In this document: in pieces, positions 51,791 to 63,939 of the stretch
Position numbering within the stretch: position 1 is the stretch's first letter
Layout: the number at the start of each line of letters is the position of its first letter
Assembly: GCA_019974015.1 (NCBI GenBank)
Contig: BMAW01101096.1
Span: 295,229-359,228, forward strand
DNA: 64,000 nucleotides
Origin: Nephila pilipes
Taxonomy: Eukaryota
Direction: 5' to 3'
The notes under the pieces: generated by a model
Told to the model about the DNA's origin: nothing
The model's database searches: none
The model's input: only the letters and a program-made list of their open reading frames with translations
Translations under genes and position numbers: made by a program

Positions 51791-52278
51791 GTTACCGAAA
51801 GATCTTGATTATAATACGCACACGTGTATAATACGCATGCTTGATTTAGCACTAAATTTTCGGAAAAAATTAAAATTCGAATATAATACGCACCCATAAT
51901 TTTTTCAATATTTTATTTAAAAATTGCAGAAGCCTTTATCAACAAAATTGACATTTTTAATAAAAAAACAACGAAAACGTCAAATTCAATAGAAAAAAAA
52001 ATTAAATTTAACACAAAACAAACAATATTGTCAAATTATCGGTTTTAATCACTTTCACTAGAACACAGCTAATCTATTGTTATTGCGTCCAAGTCATAAT
52101 TTTTGGTGCCGTTGTAATACGCGACATGTACGCGTGTGAACATATAATAAGTTCCAGTTTATGTAAAAGAACACTTGTGTTGTAAAAGAATACCTGCGCA
52201 GCACGCATGATATAACAATCTCTTACAGCTGCCGCACGTTCGTTTGTTCGAAATTTAAAAACTTTTTTCTTCTTCTTC

Positions 52279-52312
<34 letters not shown>

Positions 52313-54378
52313 GCACGAGTATAATACGCACTCTCATTTTTACGGCCCAAAATGTGGAAAATGAGGGCGTATTATAATTACGGTATATACGATAAGATTT
52401 TACGGTATATCAAACACTTGTAAAAAACACTTCTATATTTTTCCTTTGCATACATGTATTACTTATCATTCTGTGCTATTTATTTATGAAAACCTTGAAT
52501 TTTGAAATCGGATAAATCATTTTGAATAATTCCATTTTTTATATCACAATCAACACCAAATAACAATTTGAAAACACATAACGGTCTGAAACTTACAATT
52601 AAACACTGAAACTTTTTTTAGTGGCTTCCAACAATAAGGACTATTTAAATAACTTAATATTCATGTATTTTTTAAATAACTGCACGTTAATTAAATGTAA
52701 TAGAATTACTTCATAGGAAAAAGCAGTACACATCTCATTCCTTACAAATGATCACGTCAAGCAAAAGTTCATAAGCCATGTAAGAAGCTTATATTAGCAA
52801 ACGCAAGGTGGTTATTTATTTTTATTTTATTTATTTATTTATTTTCACGTTGGATAATCTACAAGAAAAAGTTTTGTTTAATACTCAAAAAAGGGGACAT
52901 CATTAATAACTTTCACTAACTGTATACATTGGTATAATTGTCAATAGTTCAAAAGGAAGTAAATTTTGATGCTGAGAGATTAATTAATGATCTATGTTAA
53001 GGTAGTCATTCAACTTTTAAAGAGAATTCTCTCATTGCGATTGTCTCTTTTTACCTAAATGATATTCCATCATAAAATTAGCTCATTATTACTTCTCATC
53101 ATAAAATTATGTTCAAGATAAGTAAAAATTCGGCTCAAAAGTTTCTCAGTTAAGAAGTCTTAAATATAGGCCCCTAATGATAAATGAGTATCTCATGCAA
53201 ATTAGAAGATATAAAATTTACTACCCAACATTTTTCAAACATTTTTACATCAATAGATAAATACTTATTTTCCAATTATAAAAACGAAATGAAAAAATCA
53301 AAAAAATAAACATTACAAAAATATAAATAATTAAACATAGTACATTTATTGAACACAGTTACGAAAAAAGTAAATTCTAATGAACCGAAATTTTTAGATC
53401 TTTGTATTCTCAATATCTTGAAAACTCTATGTCCGAAATTCTATGCAGTTATCTTCAATACATTCTTTTGCAAAACAAAGAGAATAAAAAAGGCACATTG
53501 AAGAAAGTAACTGTTTTTATTAAAATTAAACTAGGATAAAGCTCTAACACAGATCATTAAAATTATTAAAAACTTTAAGCTATAGGGTCCATTAATGGCT
53601 AGTAAATTGAATGTTAAAATCAGTAATTGTACAAAGGCCTCTGGCAGCGAAGCCAACATGTATACATTGAAGTACAAATTGATTAATTGTTTATTAACAT
53701 CGCACTTAGAATCAGTTCGAGGGCTATTAGCGGCGAAAGTCAAAAATTTCAGCCTCTATCGAGTCACGAAAACGACACCGTTAAGCTGGCACCTTCCTCT
53801 CCAAACTTCTACATCACACAAACAGGAGGGGACTTTAAAATTTATCTTCCAGTCATAAAAAAAAATATTGCAACATTTATGTAACCTTTGTAGTTTAACA
53901 TTTAAGAGCGAAATCCTACAAATTCGTATTTATATCATGATCATATAATCGATGGCCATGTACAAATATTTAATATAAAATTGAATTGTAAGAACTCTGA
54001 TGCTGAAAAGTAGCTTTCATTATCTGTTTGTAAAATATGATGGTGTACTATTCAAAGCTAAAAGTTTCATTTCCTTACATAATGATAAAATAATTTCATG
54101 GATAAATATATTTATATAAACAAAATATAAATAGTACATGTTATAAACATAACACATTTTGAGAGTATTTAAAACAAAAATAAATAAAAGAAAATAAAGA
54201 AAGTAGTTAAATAAATATCTAAAAATCAAATTAAAATTAACAATTATGCAAATCAAACAAAAATTTACTTAAGTAATCATACAGTGTAAAAATTCAAAGC
54301 CTTTGATTTAAAAAGAAATTATTAAATCGTATCAAACAAATTTAAAACAAAGAAAAGTGTATATATATATATATCTAT

Positions 54379-54383
54379 ATATT

Positions 54384-54418
<35 letters not shown>
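54379..54418. repeat. (TA)n microsatellite immediately 5' of the mariner-MITE.
   Basis: atatatatatatatatatatatatatatatatataa. Confidence 0.9.
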
Positions 54419-54421
<3 letters not shown>

Positions 54422-54825
54422 CGATCAATAACTCCGAGATAACCCAGGGTGGCGCTCGTAGTAAACGCACCAGGTCGGGTCTTTCTAGAGTACTAACCTT
54501 TGCTTGACGTAAGTTCAAAAATTTTAAGTCGATCGGACCAGGAAAAGGTTTTTGAAAAAGGTTTTTTCCAAGTGGGTGCCGCGATTGCTTTCGATGGAAC
54601 AAAAACAGCAACGAGTCGATGATTCAGAAAGCTGTTTATCGCTATTTACTCGCAACAAAAAAGATTTCTTGCGAAAAAAAGAAAAAAAAATTGTGGAAAA
54701 GCGTTGGAACGATTGTATCACCCTAAAAGGTGATTAACAAAAGGTGTTATGTTGATGAATAAAAAAAAATTTTGCAAAAAAAATGTTGTTTTCAATGTTA
54801 GACTCGGGAGTTATTGATCGATGTG
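54418..54825 (+). mobile_element. About 400-bp internally deleted mariner-like element (MITE-like). It has ~20-bp TIRs (atcgatcaataactccgag ... ctcgggagttattgatcgat) and retains only the transposase N-terminal helix-turn-helix (HTH) coding segment (54552-54737).
   Basis: Perfect-looking inverted termini are present at 54419-54438 and 54806-54825. The internal translation FSKWVPRLLSMEQKQQRVDDSESCLSLFTRNKKDFL matches the mariner HTH region (RWVPH.L...QK..RV..S.ELL.R......FL). Confidence 0.75.
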
Positions 54826-55364
54826 TTAATTACTGAAGTTGAGATGATTGTGAATCCTTTAAGTTTAAACACACTTTTCTCAGTACAGAGGCTGGGACAG
54901 AATTTTAATTATATTATCTCCATTTTTTGCTTTTCCATAATTCTTTCACTTGAGATTTGATTTGTTTTTTGGGTAGCTTTGCGTTGAAATTATGTGTAAT
55001 GTTTAATTTATGGCTTATATTTATTTAGAATTAATATTATTATGTATAAATTGTATTTCAGTAAATATATGGCTTTTTTGATAAGATATTTTGTATGTTT
55101 TAAATTAGGATAATATTTTTAACCAATTATTTTGATACTTTACTGATTTTTTTCAAGTCTATAGTATTTGTAGTGAGTGTTTTAATTTTAAAAAAATATT
55201 TCGTTTTTAGTGATTATAATTTGTAATTTAGCTTGAATTTGTGTTATTTAAAATTATGTCTAATTAATATTAATAATAATATATATTTAGAATTGATAAA
55301 GCATTACTATATACTATGAAATAGCACGCGTAAACATCTTATGGATATGTTATTACAGCAATGT

Positions 55365-55408
<44 letters not shown>

Positions 55409-56929
55409 CATATATATAATTACATCCATTTTAACAGTCTGTGATTGAACGAATACATTATTCTGTTCCATCAAGCAAACTCATTAATTAATAAATCAAT
55501 CACATCTCAATATTGGGAGTCAGTGATTGCGGTTTTTAATGACGCAAGAGCTAGGTGTGGCTCTGCTGCGCCAAAACGAAGTGTAATTGTGATCTAGAAA
55601 TTTGGAAAAAAGGAAAAAATTGTTTGACAAAAGGAGGATCAGAAATAGGTAAGGAGCGTTAAGGTGTCCCGAGAGCGTGTCATCCATGTTTACCAGGTGG
55701 TAAACCCCATAGGAAAGAAAAAGATTATTAGGGTTACACGAAAGTAAGCCCATAGGATCCAACTCAGTGTTGGTGTAAAGTTCTTCACATAATTGTTTTC
55801 TATTTATTGCAAATTTCCATCTTACTTTGTATCGCTTGTACCAGAAACGTTTTCTGTCATAATTTTCCCACTATTTTGTGTTTTCTATTTTTGAGCAAAA
55901 CAAAAACAAAAAAAATTAAACGAGCTCAGATTCGTGAAAGTTCATCTTCTCCAAAGCGAGTTCACTACAATATGAAATACAGAGGAAGATTCAACATTTG
56001 ATTTAGAAGCTATTCCTGAACATTATTTCTCCTCAGATGGTAAAAACTATGAAATTGTGTCATATTTCTTCAACAACGTAACGATTCATTTTCGTCAATA
56101 TAAAAACGACACTCATGGGGATCTATTTTCGACTAAAAAGGGTGTTGCGTTATCACCTTTTCTTTGGCAACACCTTGTAAATAAAACAAAATATTTAGAT
56201 ACATAATTAATTTGAAAACATGTCACTATACAGGACTCTCTGGTGCTAAAAGGGCTTTTTTCATAAATTTGTCTCATCTGCATGAGTTTCAAATAAGTCT
56301 GAATGGACTGAAATGCATTACATTTTAGAAAAAGTTACAGAGAGTACAACATCTCTTTTCAAAAGTATTTTTGTTGATATGTTAAAGAAAAAAGTTAAAA
56401 TGTAAAACTCGATACTTATTAGACCCTATCAATGCAGAAGTTGAGTTAGTGTTCACAAATTCAATGATTGAACTTAGTGTAACCACTTAATGAATTTCAC
56501 TAAATAATGATTTTGAATGCAATGGCTGTTTTCATAACTATACAAATCGACTAGGTTCTGAGTGTTTAATTTGGAACTATGAAATGACTTTATGTTTATA
56601 TGGTGGTCTTACCCTTTCCCCCTTAAACTTCAAACAATTAGCTACGGAATTTTTACAAAGAAATTCTCAATTGTCCAATTATGTAAACAAATCTTTCTTA
56701 AAAAAACTAAATATGTCTGTTATGGTTAAAAATGCAAAACAAATGTATATAACTACTGATAAAACCCTTAAATAAATGTTTGTTTTACTTAATATTTTGA
56801 AAGTTTTATCGTGTTATTATTCGATATTTCATAAGAAGTTTATATAAAGCATATTTCAGGGGTACAATGTATTCGAAAATTTGTCTTTTTAAACGTTAAT
56901 ATTTAACCATAATTCGTTTTTAATGAGAA

Positions 56930-57370
56930 ACATTTTTAATACTAAAAATTAATTTTTAAAACATAACATTTTTTTTTTCTTTAAGTTAGGAAAAAAAGAA
57001 AGAAATTTAAGCAAAGCTTTTTAATTTTAGAAAATGCAACATTAAACAATTTTAATTTTAGAAAATTTCAGAATATAATATTTTTTTCAAAATGTTAGAA
57101 AAATAAAAATAAAAAATTGAAGGATAACTTTTTTAATTATAGAAAATAAAATAGTAAATTTTACTAATTTAATACTGGAATATAAAATTTTAAACTTAGC
57201 ATCATTTTTATAATTAGAAAATAAATATTAAAACATAATATTTTTATTAGTAGAAAAAAAAAATTTAAAACATAATATTTTGAATGTTATAAAAAATTTT
57301 AAACATAACTTTTTCTTGATGTTGGAAAAATATAAACTTTTGAACATAACATAACAATTTTAATATTATA
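56930..57370. repeat. Degenerate tandem repeats of about 40 bp (...ttttaaaacataatatttt...tagaaaa...) followed by (TA)29 at 57408-57466.
   Basis: Periodic recurrence of aaaacataa(t/c)atttt and ttagaaaat motifs. Confidence 0.6.
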
Positions 57371-57404
57371 ATATAACAGTAAAAACATAGTACTTTAAAA
57401 TTTG

Positions 57405-57458
<54 letters not shown>

Positions 57459-57588
57459 TTCCAACTCTTTTTCTACAGGGTGTTTTCTTACACGATTTTG
57501 AAATAACACTATTTTTACCAATATATTTATTACACGATTTTTTTTTGTTCCAGCACGAATCCTAGAAAAAAAAATTCCAAATAACCAA

Positions 57589-58255
57589 ATGCTGTTTTTA
57601 CAGCCTAATACCACCTCGTTGATTCAGCCACTCGATAAGGGTATTATAGATGCATTTAAAATTTACTACATAAAGCAAACGTTTAAATATATTTTAGATT
57701 CAGTGGAAGAAAGAAATTTGACTGTTGTGGAAGCATGGAGAAAGTTGACGATTATGGATTTAATTACACATGCTTCTTTTGTAATTAAACAGTTGCGCCA
57801 ATCGACCTTAAATGCTAGTTGGTAAAAAATTTTGCATCATGCGTGGAAGCTTCGTAGTACAAAAAACAGGTGTAAATTCTGAAATTATAACTCTATCAAA
57901 TGCTATTGGTGGCGAAGGTTTTAATAACATGCAAATTACTGACATCGAAGAATTGATGTAAGAAAGGACTTTGGATGAGGAAGATTTGGTCGAATTTATG
58001 ACAGTTTATGATAATAAAGATGTCTGTAATGATGAAGGTGAAATTCAGCTATTAATAGCTGATTTAATTCGCGAGGGTTTGAAATTTGCTACAAGTATGG
58101 AACAAAATTTTCTTACTCATGATCTTGACATACAGCGTGCATTAAACTGTCAACGTAGTCTTAAGTTTTGTGTAGCAGGATATCAAGAATTATATAAGCA
58201 ACTTGAGAAACCAAAACAAAAAAAAAAGCAAAGGTCAACCAACTTCACTTAATTT
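57589..58255 (+). mobile_element. pogo/Tigger-family (DDE_1) transposase 3' fragment; the N-terminal CENP-B/HTH part is missing.
   Basis: MLFLQPNTTSLIQPLDKGIIDAFKIYY is the diagnostic DDE_1 motif (LLFLPPNTTS.LQPLDQGII..FK..Y). An acidic C-terminal tail (DEEDLVEFM...DEGEIQ) follows, as in Tigger transposases. Confidence 0.75.
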
Positions 58256-60785
58256 TGAAAAAAAAATCGACAATCTCAATTGAGATTATTATATATTAGC
58301 TACATTAATTAATTATTTGAAATCTTAAAGAGCCATTCACAATTATCCCTTTTTCGACGATAATACTTAAAAATGTAATAATTCAGGGGGAAAAAATCAA
58401 GAGACTTATAACATTCAAAGAAATTTTAAGAATATATCAAATAGAATTATCACAAGTTTCATTTTTGTATAAAAATTGCATTACTCAAAAATATTTGTAT
58501 TTGACTCCAGTTTGAAATTTCAATAAATGGATGAAATCTTCTATTAATTACAGATTTTTATTCCATATCAGTTTTAATATGTTTAATTTCCCAAACAAAC
58601 AATTAACATATCCAATGAAAAAGAAAAGGAATGATGTATCTTACTTGTTTTCAAAAACTTATTTTTTGTGCTTAATAGGGCATTTTCTTTTACAGTAGAA
58701 TCAAGTTTTCTTTTCATTCCAGTTAAACTGGGACACCTGTAAAGATAAAAACATACTAGAATAAACAAATAAATGTATATAAACTAAAATCGTGCATTGA
58801 AATTTGGAACCATGAAATAATCAGCAGTATTTTTAATTATTTTTCATTTATCTTGATCTCAACATCTTGTAACTAATTTAGTTTTATAAACAATTATCAC
58901 GTGGTAAATATTTAGTTGATAAATTTCATAAAAAAAAAAAAACATGTTGCTTTAGCACGAATTCAAAATAATCACATTAAAAATGTTAATGGGATGTAAT
59001 TACTTGCTCTTAAAAAACATAACCGTAGCTTTTTTAAAAAATAACAGAAATATGTTCCATAAGTCCATCATTGTGAAAAAAAATTGCTATTTTAACGCAT
59101 AACACACTTCAGACAATTTATAAAAATGCAAAGTTTATGAGAAAAGTAGAATGTATACAGAATTGATCTCTCGTTTCACAAGGTGTTATAACTACACAAA
59201 TTAATAATATCCACAACGTTAATTAGTGATTCGCTGAGAATTCAATTCCTCTAATGCTGAAGATACTAACTTAGCTCGGAACACATTTCCAGAATTTTTA
59301 AAAAACTCATCTCAAAGTTCATAAAAGTCAGTGCGGTTATGATACATATATCCGTTTATCATACAGTTTCTTTAAAATTTACAAACTTCCTATATGGGTG
59401 TGATCCAAAAAGTTTGGCAACAGATGATCTTCCTAAGGCGAATTAGTATTATTATTGCACCATTTGCTTAACAACGGCAAAACAAAGTTTAACACTGATT
59501 CATAGGTTAGTTTGGATTTGGCAGCCATTTGCTGCCAATTAAAATTCAACTACTGTCGTGTCAAGTTTTCGTCGTCATTTTACATCGAGTTGTTTCCGTC
59601 CATGTAACCTTGGTTCATCATTACACATTGGAAACCAAACAACAACAAAAACAACGTGTTGCTTCCGGTGAATCTTCTCTAAGCAGGCGAAATCGATTTT
59701 ATTGGCAGGAAAAGTTATGAAGACGATTTTTTGGGACGCATGAAGGGCGTCATACTCATTGATTTCTTAGAAAAAAAAGGAAACGATCAATGGACAATAC
59801 TACAGTCAGTTGTCCTTTTCCCATTTTATATCCCTAACACATGTATCTTTTGAACTCGGTAAAAGTGCAATTTTTCATTCCTACACGCAAAATTAAGACC
59901 CCACTAGGCATTACAATATAAAAAACAAAGTACGGAACACATTTTACACGATAAAAAATGTATTGGTTCAAACTGAAATGAGAAGAAAAATAAAATATAT
60001 ACTATTTTCAATACAGCAGTAAAGTCAAATAAGCTTGTAATATTAAAAATTGGAAAAATTGTCTGAAAAAGTGTTCCCGGTTTGGATCCTTCCCAGATAA
60101 CAAATTCGTTCGTGATGTTCCTTAGATTCGGACAAGAAAGGTCAAGCAATATTTCTGTATCCCATGAACATTAGGGTCAAGTCTGACCTTATAAGAATCC
60201 GATTTCCTGGGAACCAAAATCACCCACACACAAAACTGGGTTTTTTGAAGGGGAAAAATGCCCGGAATTAATGTGTCTAAATATCGTACAACTCTGTTAT
60301 AGTGCAGTTATGGGTGTAAGGAATTTATTATAAACCCCTTGCTAATTTGTAGATCTTTAAATGCCGAGCACACTTAGGCGTAAATAAAAACACCTTATCG
60401 GTACGGTGGAAAGCAAATATAAGAAATTGAATAACTGGATTAGTTTTTAAAATGTTTTGTGTCAAACGTTGCAAATTATTTAAATCAGAAAATTTTGAGC
60501 TTGAAGGCGCTATTATTATTACATAAAGCTCCATGTCACTTGCACGATTTGAATCATCCCAACGTCAAAATAGTGTTCCTACCACATAACACTACTTTGT
60601 TGCTCTAACTTTTGGATCAATGTTTTATTTATACCACTGGTTCTCAACGGAGCGGAAGTGATCCCCGGGGATTTCCCATGTCCTCTCTTCTTTCAACGCC
60701 GATAATTGTGCTTCCGTTATACAAATAAAAGCAAATAATTCGAGATAAAAACAACGTTTTTATATGGTGGCAAAGTTTATTTAAA

Positions 60786-61240
60786 AAAAATTGAAATATT
60801 AGTTAAAACCCGTTTCAAATGTCTAAATATTGCATTGTTAGGCGAGTAAGAATGATTCCCAAAGTTTCAAATATCTAGCTTGATGGGAAGTTGGTTAAAT
60901 TAACGATCGAAAATTTGATGACACACTGACACATACACACACCAAGTGAAATACATAAAAACGTAACAAAACTCTCATCTCTCTCTCGTCTTTAAGATCA
61001 CTCTCTCTGCGTAGTTCAATATATCTTCCATAGATGGCACCGCATTACTACAAACTGCATTATTAAAAAAATATTGAAATATTAGTTAAAACTTGTCGGA
61101 AATAAATAAATATTGCATTGTTAGGCGAGTAAGAACGATTCTCAGAGTTTAAGAGCTCTAGCTTGATTGGAAGTTGGTTAAATTACCGATCGAAAATTTG
61201 ATGACACACACACCAAGTGAAAACATAAAAACGTTGTAAA
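60786..61240. repeat. Two copies of a ~175-bp sequence about 90% identical (60786-60965 and 61068-61240), separated by about 100 bp containing (CT)n-like tctctctc.
   Basis: aaaaattgaaatattagttaaaac...aatattgcattgttaggcgagtaagaa.gatt...agcttgat.ggaagttggttaaatta.cgatcgaaaatttgatgacaca...caccaagtgaaa.acataaaaacgt is present twice. Confidence 0.7.
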
Positions 61241-62816
61241 ATAAGCAGAGATCGGTAGTTTGCCTCTGGGTAGTTGGTGATAGTTTTGTCATTTTGTGGT
61301 GTTTATTTTATTGACACAAAAAAAAATGACATTCAACTCTCCTTATCGTGAAGATGTCATGAAATATAATAAGACTAGACTCCCCTCGTGCAATTCTCAA
61401 AATAGGGAGGAAAATTTGACCAAAGCAAAAACGAAGTTTTATTTCGCCAGCGGGAAAAGGTTATATGTAGGATGACCTTAAAGAACTCAACACCCATGAC
61501 AAATTCCAACCACCACAGTGCATGAGTCAGCTTTATTCCTTGGCATATTCTCTTTTCCGCGCTTTATTGCAGCGCATGCATTCAGAACACCCTTTCAGTA
61601 CAAATGTTTAATTTTATCCGTGTTGCATTTATTCATTCTTTATCATGAATTATTAATTTTAAGTAAGTTATTTTTTCTTCATCATATTTTGTAACCGCAA
61701 ACGACGTCGATTAATGTCGTCAATGTAATGCCACGTACTTAAAGATCGGATTTATGTGTATTGATGAATTGCCGTCGAATTCGCCACTATTGATGTGTTT
61801 ACTTTGTAACAAAGTGTTACCTAAGATGTAATGAAACGGTCTCGTTTGCAGGATCATCTGCAAACAGTTTATCCTGATATAGATTTGTCGTTTTTCATGA
61901 ACATCAGAAGCAAGTTTCTCAAGGCACGGTCTGTCTCATGCTTATTAGCAATCTCATCATAAAACTGCAAGAGTTTGATAATCTACTATAATATATCACA
62001 ATTAATAGCTAAATCGGAGAAATCTCATACCGTTAGCGAAGAGATAATACTGCTGGCTGTCAGAGAAGTTTTAGAAACGGTTTTACATCATTCAGCTGCG
62101 TCCAATTTAATCAAAAATGTTCCATTAAGCAAAGAAAAAAAGAGACGACTAATTGGTATCCACTGAAATTTCTTTTAAAGAAGATGAATCAATTTTACCC
62201 AGTAATTAGGCCTTACTATTTTCGTACTTCCAATTTGTGAAAGAAGGAAAAAATTATTCAATAAGCATTTTGCAAGACACTTTGTGACATTGGGCTATTC
62301 GCGGTTTCTCTTCACTAACCTTGGGGACTTTTAATTGAGATTGATTGCTTTCGCTAAACAACCTTTGCCCAACCAAAAATGAAACGTGATACGTAAAGTT
62401 ATTATGTAAAGCAGTTAGAAATGAAGTGGTTGAGTTAAGAAATATATAAACTCCGACTGGAAGTAGCAAGAGTACCTGAAAGAGAGGCTGTAGGAGAGGT
62501 GAAGCCGAAGTGATAGATAAGTGGAAGGAGGAATTAAAGATTGAAATAGAGGGTTCGAGCAAATATTGTTGCTATAAGTGTATTTGCGGTTGTTCTCAAC
62601 AGTTGATCCAGAGTCTGAGTTGCAGTCGAGGAAGGATTAGTGGTAAGAGTCTGTTAGATTACTATTGGTGGGTTGAACTAAGGTATTAGAAAGCTTACCC
62701 GAGAGAGCATAGGCAGTTGTTGTCATAATAAATATATGTTAATAAATTGTTGAAAGACTGTTTTGGTGATTCTGTAATTATTTGTGTCGTAGTGTTTAAT
62801 AATTGAATCTAGTGAT

Positions 62817-63600
62817 GGCACAACATGAAGCCCGGGTCGGGCGGGCGTCACAACTTGACTACAAACATTATCGTGAATTTATTTTCAATACTGTCAAAGA
62901 TTATTTTAAAAAGAAAAATATTCTTCTAGAGAGCATTATGTCTGTTGCATAGACGAGCTTCTGCAATGGTGGATTGTCATCGTGAGTTCATCACTATTTT
63001 GAGAGGGGAAGATTCAAGTTTTTTAGTTGTTCACTGCGTGATTCACATACAGCATTTAGGCGCAAGAACCTTAGCGACTGTTTGCGTCAGTCATTACAAC
63101 ATGTTATCTCTACTGTGAACAAAATTCGCAGTAATGCTCTCAACGATCGATTAATTGGGCAGCAATGTAAAGACAACAATGAAGAATTCAATCGCTTGTT
63201 TGTGTGTATACCGAGGTTCCCTGCCTCAATAGGTTCTGGAATCTTTTCGACTCTATGCTTGAGTTTCTCGAAGAGAAAGATGTAGTTCTGAGAGACAGAT
63301 TGCTACAATTTAAAATCGATGCTGTTTACAGACCAATTTATTTCCAAAATTCATGGAATTAATTTGCAGCTTCAAGAGCTCAATTCAATCATAACAAAAA
63401 AATTTATTTCTGCCTTCCTAAGCAAACTCACATTATGGAAGCAGAATTTTGGTCGTAACGAGTTAAGATAGTTTTCAATCTTGTTGGATCTGCATAAGAG
63501 TAATGAAATTCCCTTCGAAGATACACAATTTTACTGTTAACACCTTGAGCCTTAGCACAAGGACTTTTCTCAGCGATTTTAGGGTATTTTGTGCCCCTGG
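62817..63600 (+). mobile_element. hAT-superfamily transposase pseudogene (Charlie/Buster-type; similar to the GTF2IRD2/ZBED C-terminal region), with several frameshifts.
   Basis: ...SVATDEAPAMVG.HREFITILREG...FSCSLRDSH..RKNLSDCLRQSLQHVISTVNKIRSNALNDRLIGQQCKDNNEEFNRLF...LLLEFLEEKDVVLRDRLLQFKIDAVYRPIYFQNSWN.NLQLQELNSIITKKFISAFLSKLTLWKQNFGRNE... follows the conserved hAT dimerisation/DUF4371-type pattern (NKIRS.ALN.RLF..LC.....F..LL.H...RWLS). Confidence 0.7.
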
Positions 63601-63625
63601 AAATTCCTTAATAGGTCATGGTTTG

Positions 63626-63700
63626 GCTTTATTAACGTCGCACTAGAAGCAACAAGAGGGCTATTGGCGACGGACGCCGTAATTTTGAACCTCTCAATAG
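63626..63700 (-). mobile_element. Short 3' fragment of the tRNA-derived SINE family (reverse complement of about 29385-29455), flanked by an 11-bp direct repeat aataggtcatg (63608-63618 and 63692-63702).
   Basis: ttaacgtcgcactagaagcaacaagagggctattggcgacggacgccgtaattttgaacc aligns with the reverse complement of ...ggtccgtcgccaatagccctcgtgttgcatctactgtggcgttaa. Confidence 0.55.
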
Positions 63701-63869
63701 GTCATGAATCTTTTGATGCATATTGAGACAGGTGAGGTTCAGATTCAGGAGGAATTGGTCGAACTTTCAACTAATGAAATTGTATATAAAAGCCTGGGGG
63801 GGGGGAATGCCCGAACTATGGAATACCGTGTGTGAATATTTTTTCTGCCGTATTATAGGATGTTAACTT

Positions 63870-63936
<67 letters not shown>
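63870..63936. repeat. (CA)n(TA)n compound microsatellite.
   Basis: cacacacacacacacaca tatatatatata.... Confidence 0.9.
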
Positions 63937-63939
<3 letters not shown>

